Source: a virus
Taxonomy: Duplodnaviria; Caudoviricetes
DNA length: 63,246 nucleotides
IMG/VR virus record: IMGVR_UViG_3300020044_011668
Location: 1-63,246 of that record
Strand: one strand, 5' to 3'
Shown: positions 16,934 through 26,495 of the stretch, piece by piece
Layout: the number at the start of each line of letters is the position of its first letter
Numbering within the stretch: the first letter of the stretch is position 1
Made by a program: the position numbers and the translations under genes
Notes under the pieces: model-generated
Seen by the model: the letters and a program-made list of their open reading frames with translations, nothing else
What the model was told of the DNA's origin: nothing
Databases searched by the model: none

Positions 16934-19159
16934 TTAAACGCGGGCAAGAGAAACGGCACCCTTGGCGTCGTTGATCGCTTGCTCCTGCTGGAACTTGGCT
17001 TCGCGGATCTGCATGTCGAGTTCAGCCTTCTGGCGGGCAATCGACATCTTGAGTTCGTGCTCTTGGAACTTCAGCTCGGTGGGGGTTGGTCCCTGCGGCT
17101 GTCCTTCAGGGGCAGCAGCGCCTTCCTGCTGCTTGCGCTGCATGGCTTGTATTTTGCGACCCGTGTTGGTGATGACCTCTTCGGCGATCTGCGTGAGCTG
17201 CTTGAGCTCGGAAACTTGGCCCCGCGCCGCGGGGTCGCTCGACAGGAACTGCAAGTGCTGCATGACGTGCTCGTAGATCGACTGCACGATTGGCAGGACC
17301 TGCACGGGGTCCGCTGCGCCGGTCTGCACGGCGGCAAGGAGCTGCTGCAGTTCCGGGGCGTGCACGCGCAGGTGCATGCCGTGAAGCTCGTTGTCGAGCA
17401 CGGGAATGGGCGTGCCCGAGGACATCGCTTGGTTCTCCATCATCGCGATCTTCGCATCGACGGTCAAACGGGGTTCCGGTGCAGCCGGAGCGTAGCGGTC
17501 AACGAGATCATGGCCAACCCGTGTGGCGGTGATGTCGCGGATCAGGTTCCTGCGACCGACGTCGTCAAAGGAGCCGGAGATGTTGTTGAGTTCCCGCAGC
17601 GCGAGCAAACGGTTGGCTTGCGAACCTGCACCGATCGCTTTCACGGCGGTCGTGAGCGCAGGGTCCAAGCTCTTGATGGTGTCGGCACTGACGCCTCGTT
17701 CGGCGCAGCGGTCGAAGAATTTCTTGATCGCGCGGTCCTTGCGGTCGCCCGTGACAAAGCGTCGAACAACCTCACGAAGCAAGCGGCTCCAAGCGGCGTA
17801 GAACAGGTTCAGGGTGGAGCCGGACAGGCGGGAGGCAACGGCGAGGTCGTGCTCCACCTGCAGGTTGTTGCGGTAGGGCGAGGACTGCGCGGGGCCGTAG
17901 GTGGAAAGCAAATCGACGTTCTGCGCAAGCTGGTTTTGGAGATCCGCAAGGGCTGGCTGCACCGAATTGCTGAGGTTCGGGATGGCCTTCTCGACGATCT
18001 TGACATTCGGCGACAGCACCGAATACGGGCCGTAGAACGTGAAGGACAAGTCCTCAAGGGCGCGCTGGGATTCCGGTTGGATCATCACGGCGCTGGCAAG
18101 CATTGCCCCGTCGATCATCTGGCAACGCAGGCGGTTGCTGGTCTGGACGTGGTTGAAAATGCGATGCCCGAGCCCGCGGATCGAGTGGTAGGTTCCGTTC
18201 GTGCCTACGCCGAAAGTGAACAAAACGTAGGCTTGTTCAGGCGCGTCGAACATGCCCGTCTTGCTGAACATGAAGCTCTTCGCGCCCTCTTCGGCGCAGA
18301 TGAAGTGCGACACCGTGCCGTCGAATTCACGGACCCAGAAGTGCAAGACCTCGACCGTCGTGTTCTCGATTCCGGTGTAGAGGTCGTTGTTTTTCAGTTC
18401 CCGCTGGGTCGATTCCCAATCGGAGAAAGTGGTGGTGCCGGAGCGTCCCGTGGTGCGGGCGTTCTTGGTGATCACGCGCTTCACTTCCTCGATATCCCAG
18501 CCGACTTTGGTAGCGACTTCCTCGTCGCGAATGAAGCCGTAGAGTTCGTGCAGCAGATACTGACGACGCGCGCAGGCAACCTCGATTCCCTCCTCGGAGG
18601 CAACGGTTTGTCGTGGGATCAGGAAGTCCCCGAAACCACAAACACGGAACTTCCAACCGCTTGGGGAATCGAAGTAGGAGACCGAAACGCCGTGCTTCGT
18701 GAACTCCCCGCAAAGGCGAAGGAAGTTCGAGTGGAACTCAGGCCATTCGCGCAAGGCGTGGGTGATCTCCTCGCCGATGATGTCCTGCGCGTCCTGTCGC
18801 TCGGCGGGCTCGCCGCGGCGCACCTTGACCGAAACCAAACGCTCCAGCGAGCTGTAGAGGTCGACGTAGGCGGACATCGCAATGTCCAAGAAACGCTGCC
18901 CCTCGCCGAGGTTCAGGTTGGTGCGAGATCCTTGCCCAGTCGACTGCAGCACGCGCTGGTCGTAGGGAGCAACACCGTCGAACATCCCGTCGATGCGAGC
19001 CCTGTTCGCGCTGCTGCGCTCGTCGGCGCGCCGGAGGGTCGAGTAGATCGAGACCGCCGATTTCACATCACGCAAACGAGACTCCGGTGGAGCACCCGTG
19101 TCGGCGTCGAGGTTGAGCAGCTCAAGTTCGTTGAGCCCGCTGGCGGTGGTGTCGGTCAT
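16934..19159 (-). CDS. Portal protein
   Basis: 741 aa, near the head of the head operon, Gln-rich helical C-terminal barrel as in P22-like portals; TTGACA-17-GATGCT upstream. Confidence 0.7.
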   Translation of the reverse strand: MTDTTASGLNELELLNLDADTGAPPESRLRDVKSAVSIYSTLRRADERSSANRARIDGMFDGVAPYDQRVLQSTGQGSRTNLNLGEGQRFLDIAMSAYVDLYSSLERLVSVKVRRGEPAERQDAQDIIGEEITHALREWPEFHSNFLRLCGEFTKHGVSVSYFDSPSGWKFRVCGFGDFLIPRQTVASEEGIEVACARRQYLLHELYGFIRDEEVATKVGWDIEEVKRVITKNARTTGRSGTTTFSDWESTQRELKNNDLYTGIENTTVEVLHFWVREFDGTVSHFICAEEGAKSFMFSKTGMFDAPEQAYVLFTFGVGTNGTYHSIRGLGHRIFNHVQTSNRLRCQMIDGAMLASAVMIQPESQRALEDLSFTFYGPYSVLSPNVKIVEKAIPNLSNSVQPALADLQNQLAQNVDLLSTYGPAQSSPYRNNLQVEHDLAVASRLSGSTLNLFYAAWSRLLREVVRRFVTGDRKDRAIKKFFDRCAERGVSADTIKSLDPALTTAVKAIGAGSQANRLLALRELNNISGSFDDVGRRNLIRDITATRVGHDLVDRYAPAAPEPRLTVDAKIAMMENQAMSSGTPIPVLDNELHGMHLRVHAPELQQLLAAVQTGAADPVQVLPIVQSIYEHVMQHLQFLSSDPAARGQVSELKQLTQIAEEVITNTGRKIQAMQRKQQEGAAAPEGQPQGPTPTELKFQEHELKMSIARQKAELDMQIREAKFQQEQAINDAKGAVSLARV

Positions 19160-19440
19160 TCGGTAGCGGTAGCATCGCAATTCCCACGACTGCTGTCAAG
19201 CATCAGTTTGGCCAAGCGGCTCAGGGGCATGCGGCAACGCTTGCCTTCCTCGGAGCTGAGCTGGTAGGCCCATTCGAGTCCGCGCGGGTGCATCGTCGGG
19301 CGCATGCGGTGCTGCACACCCGCGGTGGGTCCGCGCAGGGCTGGCACGATGCGCCACACGTCGAGTCCGTCGGGCGAGCTGGCGTAGGCAGGGAATCCCG
19401 GAATGGGCAACAGGTTCTTCTCGGAGCAAATGTCGTTCAT
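19156..19440 (-). CDS. NUMOD4-like protein lacking an HNH domain
   Basis: LLPIPGFPAYASSPDG.DVWR resembles NUMOD4; no HNH follows. Confidence 0.45.
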   Translation of the reverse strand: MNDICSEKNLLPIPGFPAYASSPDGLDVWRIVPALRGPTAGVQHRMRPTMHPRGLEWAYQLSSEEGKRCRMPLSRLAKLMLDSSRGNCDATATE

Positions 19441-19512
19441 CGGGCAGGACCCTAGCGACCCACCGGTGCCGGTCAAGCCGAAACTGATTTAATCCGAGGG
19501 TCGCGCGCACGT

Positions 19513-19704
19513 GTATATAGCGCGCGCGCCCGCGCGTCCGCGCTCTTCTTTTAATCTTCTTCTAAAACACTGTATCCAGTTACACTCAGTAATTGAGTTC
19601 CGCATATTCTCTTATTTTCGAAAGACACTTACAAAAAAGAATGCACTTACATACTTTCCAGAAACTTTTCACATTTTCTCGGCGAGCACATTTGGTCATC
19701 CGAG
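19513..19704. repeat. 192-bp AT-rich element, copy A
   Basis: Direct repeat of 44514-44705; 19561-19704 matches with one mismatch. Confidence 0.95.
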
Positions 19705-19738
19705 TTTCCCAAGACCCCTTGTTCAATTCTTTGTTCAA

Positions 19739-19822
19739 GAAAGACACTTACAAAAAAGAAGGCACTTACATACTTTCCAGAAACTTTTCACATTTTCTCG
19801 GCGAGCACATTTGGTCATCCGA
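19739..19822. repeat. Third partial copy (84 bp) of the element, 119-bp tandem period
   Basis: Matches 19620-19703 with one mismatch. Confidence 0.93.
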
Positions 19823-20091
19823 AGGCCAAAAGAACCCTCGTTCAATCCTTTCCTGAACCCTGTTTCCGGGGTCCGGCACGCGCGCGGTGACACTGCGCCC
19901 CACACGGAAAACGCGCGTGCTCAGACATTCTGCTTGACCTGCGCGCGGTTCGCTGAATGGGGCTTTTTTGCCTGATGCACGCCCTCTAAGGGTTGTCAAG
20001 CTTGTTTTTTGTCTTAATGCGCACGCTGTGTCTTGTATACCGTTTCCGTTACGTGAACCCTAAACGGGGTGTCCGCTACCTGATTCCGGGT

Positions 20092-20799
20092 TCAGGATTC
20101 GTAGTAACCAGTCATGCCCGAGAGATGCTGCGTTGAGCTCCGAGGTTTCCGGGTTCCTGATCCCGGAAACGCGAACAGGCCGCGCAACCAGCCATCCATG
20201 ACCTGTTGCTTTACGCCAAAATGCCTCGCTGCGTCCGCAACACAGCCAAAGGGGTGCGTTATTCCGTCAAATTCGACCACGCAAGCCCTTGCATTGTGGT
20301 TCTTGTGTCCCTTCTTTGCCTCGGACATCTTCTTGCGGGTCTCCTGCGTGACTAGGACCCCCTTGCGGCTCTGCACAGCCGCCATCTGAGACTCCCTGAA
20401 GGTGGGATCAGCCCACTTCGTCTTGAGGGTCTCGCTGATATTGGAGTTGTGCGTAGCCGAACTTGACGAATTCAACCTCTTGCCCTCGCTCTCGGAGGCA
20501 TCTAGCAGCACCTGCTCGGCCTTTCGTAGTGCCGCCCTCAGCTCTTTGGACCCCAGCCCGTGCCGCTCAGGCATGACAGCGATCACTGTGAATAGAAGAG
20601 CTTCTGGTGCGGCGTCAAACGCGGCCTGCATCGCCTTGTTGGGGTGTTCCCCTCGGTGAAGCTTTGCGCGATGGTCTGACCTCCTAGAACCTAAATGCGC
20701 GGTTGATCCGTAGTAGTGATGACCACCAATGGAGAGGCAGTAGGTTCCTGCGCGGCGGCAGAATTCGGGGAGGTAGAGGGTATTGATTTTGGTGAGCAC
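20092..20799 (-). mobile_element. Free-standing GIY-YIG homing endonuclease with NUMOD3
   Basis: GTY-(8 aa)-YYG, RRSDH, LRKAEQ, then ETRKKMSEAKKG; leaderless promoter TTGCAA-16-TAGGAT-6 nt-GTG. Confidence 0.8.
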
Positions 20800-20820
20800 G
20801 CAGGTATCCTACCAATTCAC

Positions 20821-21081
20821 CTATGTGTTGCAACAAGTATCTACTGAAGCTGTCGGGTTTTTTAGTGACGTAAAAAGTGCTTGCTTTTTCCGTCGATCTC
20901 GCTCCCTGCGCTTCGCCGTGAGCTCGGTTCGGTGTTCCAAGTAATAAGCTCGCTGGTAGGCGCGATAAGCTTCAGCCTTGTCGGGCTCCAACACCTCTCG
21001 CAGCTCCCGCTGGCGGCGCATCTTGTGCCGGTTTTCGGCGTAGTAGCGTCTCTGATACTCCTTTCGGGCCTCCTTGTTCAT
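20821..21081 (-). CDS. Basic Arg/Tyr-rich helical protein
   Basis: KEYQRRYY...AYQRAYY internal repeat. Confidence 0.55.
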   Translation of the reverse strand: MNKEARKEYQRRYYAENRHKMRRQRELREVLEPDKAEAYRAYQRAYYLEHRTELTAKRRERDRRKKQALFTSLKNPTASVDTCCNT

Positions 21082-21177
21082 GGCGTAGTAGGAGCCCTCG
21101 TGTGGTTTTCGTCGTCTTGCACGCTCAAACCCTACCTGTTTCGGGCAAAACCCGCAACCCAATAATTTTTTCTCACA

Positions 21178-21320
21178 GGGGTATATATACTCACGCGCCC
21201 GCGCGTAAAAAGCGACCCCCTACCCGTAGCCTGTATCCTGTTTCATGAATCCTAATACATGAAATCCGTTTCATGAATCAGGGTTCAGGAATCAGGGCTT
21301 ATTGAGACCAGTCTCATTAG
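21178..21320. repeat. Candidate genome end/packaging region with degenerate heptamer repeats and palindromes
   Basis: GTATATATAC palindrome; CTGTATC/ATGAATC/AGGAATC-type 7-mers in both orientations; TGAGAC-CA-GTCTCA; lies at the strand switch. Confidence 0.45.
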
Positions 21321-21568
21321 TGGGGGGTGGTAGGCCTTGCCTTTTCCCCCTCGAACCGCTCCCCTTCCCTGTATCCGGAACCATTGATAATGAATGACTT
21401 ATAAACAATCGTTCTTCCCGATGTCGAAAGGCATTGTAAATCCCTTTCTAGTGTGGTTCTCTTCCCCCGCCGCTGGCAAGTTCAGCGGTAGGAAGGAAGA
21501 AAGCGCCCCGCTTGCTTGACGCAAGACAGCGCTTTCCACCCCTAGCCTGATTTGTTCTTTTCCATTAC

Positions 21569-22218
<650 letters not shown>

Positions 22219-22299
22219 TGACCTAGGAAAGGAAGGGATTCCCCCCGCCGCTACTTCGCAAGAACTAGCGGCGTGCGAAGTGAATCCCCCGCCCGCCCG

Positions 22300-23110
22300 C
22301 CTCCCTGTCAGAATGCACGGGGCGCGCGCTATGGGTTTCCTTTCCGCCGCTTTCCGCCGAGATTCCCGCCGTTTGATTCTTTCCGCTTCAAACGGCGCGC
22401 ATGGGGCGCGCAAAGCAAGGTCCGGCGCGGGTATTGTTTATCCGCGCGATGTAATGGCACAAAGACCTTTCAACCTCTCTTTTCCATCCCAAGCGCTTCC
22501 CACTTGCCGATAATAGGCAAGGGCAAGCGCTTTCTTTGTTTCCACCTTCCCGCTTCCCGCCGCGCATGAAAAGCACGGCGGGAAGCGCTTTCCGCTTGTC
22601 TTTCACAAGGCGCGGAAAGCACGCGGAAGAAGTTTAGAGAAACGCACGCGGCAGAACGGCGCAAGCTGACAGCTGTTTTCCCCGCGTTCCAACGGATTCA
22701 TTCACCGTTGGAACGCGGGTGATTCACGCGTGCAAAGTATCAGGCGAAAACCACCGGAACGGCGCAAGCTGACAGCCGGAACACGCGGGGCGGAAACAAG
22801 AAAGCGCAACCCACTTGCATTAAAACGGACACACCGAGAGGAAAGCGCGCGCATCCCTGAAAAGGGGTGCGCTTGTAGTGCTTCGCCGCGCCATTACGCG
22901 GGAGGCAATCCGCACAAGCCCGTCCGATGGCAAGGACACAAGGGCACCGCGCGCTCAAACGGAGCGGATCGCGCATTGGATAGCGTAGGCACGGGCTCAC
23001 AAGGCTCGTGCGTGCACGCCGTGACTCCACTCAACAAAGCAAAAGGGCCACTAGACAAAGTCAACAACCCTAGGCACACCGCGCGCCGATCTATTCGCGC
23101 GCCGTGCCTT
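22300..23110 (+). ncRNA. Hairpin-dense non-coding tract (candidate structured RNA/leader)
   Basis: About 10 consecutive stems, including 12 bp (22551-22587) and 15 bp (22681-22719); 20-bp direct repeat at 22654 and 22757; no credible ORF. Confidence 0.4.
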
Positions 23111-23175
23111 CCAACCCGAACCCTGAGCCCTGTATCCCGCACCGTGCACCATGCACAAGGCAGGCATACAGGGCG

Positions 23176-23224
23176 ACAGGCTACAGGGCACCCGTGCACC
23201 AACGCAGGGTGCCTTGTAGCCTGT
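23176..23224 (+). promoter_or_regulatory. Early stem-loop family, copy 1
   Basis: ACAGGCTACAGGGCACCC/GGGTGCCTTGTAGCCTGT, 18 bp with one G-U. Confidence 0.6.
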
Positions 23225-23244
23225 TTGTATACAGGCACAAGAAC

Positions 23245-23418
23245 ATGAAGAAGTCACCGTCCGACCTAAGACGCGCCGCACGGCGCGCACAAGGCATGCG
23301 CACGCATGCGCTCTGCACCGCGGCCTCCCATGAGGCCAAGGCGCACGAGCCACTGCACCCCGCCCGCAGCGCGATGTATGCCCGCTGCAAGTTGAGCGGG
23401 CACCCAATGCGCCAATGA
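23245..23418 (+). CDS. Small basic early protein
   Basis: A-rich leader; follows stem-loop 1. Confidence 0.45.
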   Translation: MKKSPSDLRRAARRAQGMRTHALCTAASHEAKAHEPLHPARSAMYARCKLSGHPMRQ

Positions 23419-23450
23419 CCCACAACGCACCCCGCACCTGTTCTGCGGGG

Positions 23451-23505
23451 TGCAGCCTACAGGGCACGCTCACCACAAAACGGTGCGCGTGCTTTGTCGG
23501 CTGCA
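23451..23505 (+). promoter_or_regulatory. Early stem-loop family, copy 2
   Basis: TGCAGCCTACAGGGCACGC/GCGTGCTTTGTCGGCTGCA, two G-U and one mismatch. Confidence 0.6.
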
Positions 23506-23533
23506 TGAAGCAGCGTTACAACACAAACCAGAC

Positions 23534-24076
23534 ATGAAACTCCAAGAGTATACCCTCGATGAACTTGACGCCCTTTTCGCCCGCATCACTGCCGAAAAGC
23601 AGCGTAGGCACGCGTGTAGGCCCGTCTACGTAATCACTCGTGGCACTCCGAAGCAGACGTTCCAATACGGGCTCGATGTCGAGCACGACGCCCCGCCAGA
23701 GGGTGATGGCGTCTACTGCGTGCTACGCCCCGTGAACCACCCCGACAACGTCGTGCTGCGTTCGCTCTACGGCGGGCACGACATTGGCTTTGCCGACAAG
23801 GCGCACCCCGACCTCGTCATGGCGGACGACGGGAGCAACTGGCCCACGCCCACCTTCCGTGCCTACACGAAGCTAGTGGGCGACAAGCACGTGCCAGCGC
23901 GCTACGTTGGCTGCGACGGCTACGGCAATCCATTCAACAGAATGTTGGACACGCACGTGCATTGCACCGATGACAAGTGGTGGCCTGTCGGGGAGTGTGA
24001 CTCGGACATCGTCTACGACGACGAAGACGGCGACGACGTGATCTACACCCACAACCCCGCGCTCGCCGCATCCTGA
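23534..24076 (+). CDS. Hypothetical early protein
   Basis: ATG after an A/C-rich leader; codon usage typical of the phage. Confidence 0.7.
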   Translation: MKLQEYTLDELDALFARITAEKQRRHACRPVYVITRGTPKQTFQYGLDVEHDAPPEGDGVYCVLRPVNHPDNVVLRSLYGGHDIGFADKAHPDLVMADDGSNWPTPTFRAYTKLVGDKHVPARYVGCDGYGNPFNRMLDTHVHCTDDKWWPVGECDSDIVYDDEDGDDVIYTHNPALAAS

Positions 24077-24079
24077 ACC

Positions 24080-24349
24080 ATGAACCCTGTATCAAGCTTC
24101 GGCTCCCCGCGCCAGAGACGCAAGGCAAAGGCAGAGCAAGACCTCAACACGACGCACGCCCTGTGGGTGGTGCGCTTGCAGGAAATCGTGGGCACCACAG
24201 GGCAACCACCCGTTGCTGCCTTCGCCGCCCTGCGGGTGGAAGTGACACGCTACGTCACCGTGCTGCCCCCACAACGGAAGCAGCAGGTGCAAGAAGCGTG
24301 GAATTCGTTTGAGAGAGCCGTGCACCGGCACATGAACCCTGTATCCTGA
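24080..24349 (+). CDS. Hypothetical early protein
   Basis: Begins and ends with MNPVS, encoded by heptamer repeats. Confidence 0.5.
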   Translation: MNPVSSFGSPRQRRKAKAEQDLNTTHALWVVRLQEIVGTTGQPPVAAFAALRVEVTRYVTVLPPQRKQQVQEAWNSFERAVHRHMNPVS

Positions 24350-24368
24350 ACCCTGTATCCTGTATCCT

Positions 24369-24554
24369 ATGACACCGAACCAGACAGCCGTGAACGCGGC
24401 CCTCCAATACCTCGCCGCCCGCGGCGCGTTGCACAAGCTCAGCACGCCCGTGCCCGTCATCGGGCGCAGCGTGTTATTCTGCGTCACCGCGTGGCAAACC
24501 CCACCCGCACAGCACAACACGCTGCCGCCCCTTGAGAAGGGCGCGCGCATCTGA
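24369..24554 (+). CDS. Hypothetical early protein
   Basis: 61-aa ORF in the operon. Confidence 0.45.
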   Translation: MTPNQTAVNAALQYLAARGALHKLSTPVPVIGRSVLFCVTAWQTPPAQHNTLPPLEKGARI

Positions 24555-24595
24555 AACCCGAACCCTGTGCCCGTTACCTTGTAGAGGGTAACGGG

Positions 24596-24646
24596 TGCAG
24601 CATACAGGGCACGCCTGCATCCCGCAAGCGTGCCCTGTATGCTGTA
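24596..24646 (+). promoter_or_regulatory. Early stem-loop family, copy 3
   Basis: TGCAGCATACAGGGCACGC/GCGTGCCCTGTATGCTGTA, 19 bp with one G-U. Confidence 0.6.
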
Positions 24647-24675
24647 ATGACACAGCACAACAAACACAATACAAG

Positions 24676-26457
24676 ATGAGCAACAACATTGACATCAACA
24701 CCGGCATCATCCCTTGCCCCACCCTGCCAGACGGCTACGTTTACGCCGGTCTCGGCCCCTTGCAAGGCGCACCCCTGCGGGACACCATCGCAGGAGAACT
24801 GCTGTGCTGCGGCCGCCACACCGATGGCGAGTGGTGCGGTCAGACGTATTCACTCAACGGCGCTGCCGCAGGCACGCACTACTGCGTGCGCGTTGGCAGT
24901 GCAACACATGCGCGGCTGTTCCCCGCCCCTGCGGCACCGGCAGGCTACCGCTACGCCGGTCGTGGGCCTTTGCTGGCCATCCGAAGCCCACAATACCCCC
25001 ACGACCTGCAGCCGCTGGGGCACCTTGCCTTGCTGCAGGACTGGCATGAGGTCGTCACGTGGGACACCCAAGTCGAGTTCAACGGCCAATCCGATGGCAC
25101 GCACTACGCCGTGCTGCTCGGCAGTGCAACGCACGACCTGCTGTTTCCCCCTGCACCGGCACCCGCCGCCCTACCTGAACCACCCTCTGTTATTATGATT
25201 GAAGACAAAGTGAACGACGAAGAGAACGAAGAGAACGAAGTGGAGGACGAAGATGGTTATGTCACGCTCCATGATGGCAGGCGCGTGCTTGAGACCGACA
25301 CCGTGCTGGCGGTGATCAACGGTGTCTGCAATGGGGTTGGCTACGGCGGCCGCTTCTACGGTAGCGGCGTGGTTACGGAACCCGCGCTGCCCGATGACGA
25401 GGGTGTTGTGTGGCTGGAGCACGAGAACTGCTACGTCGACACCGAAAGGAACCCCCACAGGGTGGTCTCGTTGGAAGATGGCAACTACACCTTCGAGCAA
25501 CTCGCACGCTGCATCGACGGTGAGTGGTATCATGAGTCGGAGTGTGGCACCGACGGCCACGGTGATGCCTTCTATTCCGAGGGGGACACGCACGTCTACT
25601 GCGAAGACGGTGAATACTGGCCCCGAGACGAGTGCCACTACTGCGAGAGCAGCGGGGAGTATGTGTATGGTGACGAAGACAACTGCGACGACTGCAGCAG
25701 TTGCAAAAGCAGCGCGGACCACATCAACGAGTATCACAGCTCCCCCGCGCCGGACTTCCACGGCCGCTACGACAGTGACTTCAGCGGCTGGGGGCTCGGC
25801 TTCGAGGTCGAGAAGAACCAGTCACCCGGAGGCTGCGACAGCGAAGGCGACTACATCGGAAGCACCGATCTATTCGCAGGCTGGGAGTGCGACGGCAGCT
25901 GTGGCATTGAGGGCATCACCCATGTCTACGACCCATTGCGCAAGCGCACGCTGTTCGAGCAGCACGTGGTGCAAGCGCAGCGGTGGCTCGATGCCCCTGC
26001 GGACACGCGCTGCGGCGGGCACGTCAACATCTCCAGCAGCAAGCACGCACCCCGCGAACTGCTCTTGGAGCTGCGCCGCTACGCGCCACTGTGGTATGCC
26101 ATCTACCGCAACCGCCTGAACAACAGCTACTGCGTGGAGGACAAGAAGGTGGAGCACGGCACCACCAAGTATTCACCGCTGCGCACGAAGTCTTTCGGCG
26201 TCGAGCTCAGGCTGCCCCCCGCCGTCAAGAACGGGGACCAGCTGCTGCGGCGCTTCGACCTGCTCGCCTTTGCTTGCAGTGCGGTAGACGAAGGCTGGTC
26301 GCTCAACCGCTACGTTCGTTCCTGTAAAACGCTGCTGTTCAAGGAGGTCTACCGCGGGGACCGCAAGCAATACGCCAAGATCCTCAGGCTCACACGGCAC
26401 TTCAACCGCTGGTTCCTCGACGGCCACATCCATGAGTCGATCGCCCAATACGTCTGA
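24676..26457 (+). CDS. Putative amidoligase (glutamine-synthetase-like COOH-NH2 ligase) with duplicated N-terminal domain and Cys-rich linker
   Basis: GFEVEK, ECDGS, GIEGITH, CGGHVNIS, VELR. Confidence 0.8.
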   Translation: MSNNIDINTGIIPCPTLPDGYVYAGLGPLQGAPLRDTIAGELLCCGRHTDGEWCGQTYSLNGAAAGTHYCVRVGSATHARLFPAPAAPAGYRYAGRGPLLAIRSPQYPHDLQPLGHLALLQDWHEVVTWDTQVEFNGQSDGTHYAVLLGSATHDLLFPPAPAPAALPEPPSVIMIEDKVNDEENEENEVEDEDGYVTLHDGRRVLETDTVLAVINGVCNGVGYGGRFYGSGVVTEPALPDDEGVVWLEHENCYVDTERNPHRVVSLEDGNYTFEQLARCIDGEWYHESECGTDGHGDAFYSEGDTHVYCEDGEYWPRDECHYCESSGEYVYGDEDNCDDCSSCKSSADHINEYHSSPAPDFHGRYDSDFSGWGLGFEVEKNQSPGGCDSEGDYIGSTDLFAGWECDGSCGIEGITHVYDPLRKRTLFEQHVVQAQRWLDAPADTRCGGHVNISSSKHAPRELLLELRRYAPLWYAIYRNRLNNSYCVEDKKVEHGTTKYSPLRTKSFGVELRLPPAVKNGDQLLRRFDLLAFACSAVDEGWSLNRYVRSCKTLLFKEVYRGDRKQYAKILRLTRHFNRWFLDGHIHESIAQYV

Positions 26458-26495
26458 ACCAACCCTGCTAAACACTTACTACACAACCATACGAT

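Noticed and set aside
16763-19267. 834-aa plus-strand ORF (also 12918-13958 and 57053-58471)
   Set aside because: Antisense shadows of portal, capsid and SSB caused by GC-rich codon bias; no motifs
19511-19975. ORFs overlapping the 192-bp element (also 44594-44779)
   Set aside because: Low-complexity translations, atypical codon usage, a 119-bp period not divisible by 3 and different extents in the two copies
20092-20799. Group I intron around the GIY-YIG gene
   Set aside because: No interrupted host gene on either side, and the gene has its own promoter
21301-21318. TGAGAC-CA-GTCTCA as a Fur box
   Set aside because: 6-2-6 spacing does not fit the 7-1-7 Fur consensus; kept only as an unexplained palindrome
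22654-22776. 20-bp direct repeat pair as a mini CRISPR array
   Set aside because: Only two copies, an 83-nt spacer, a non-palindromic repeat and no cas operon
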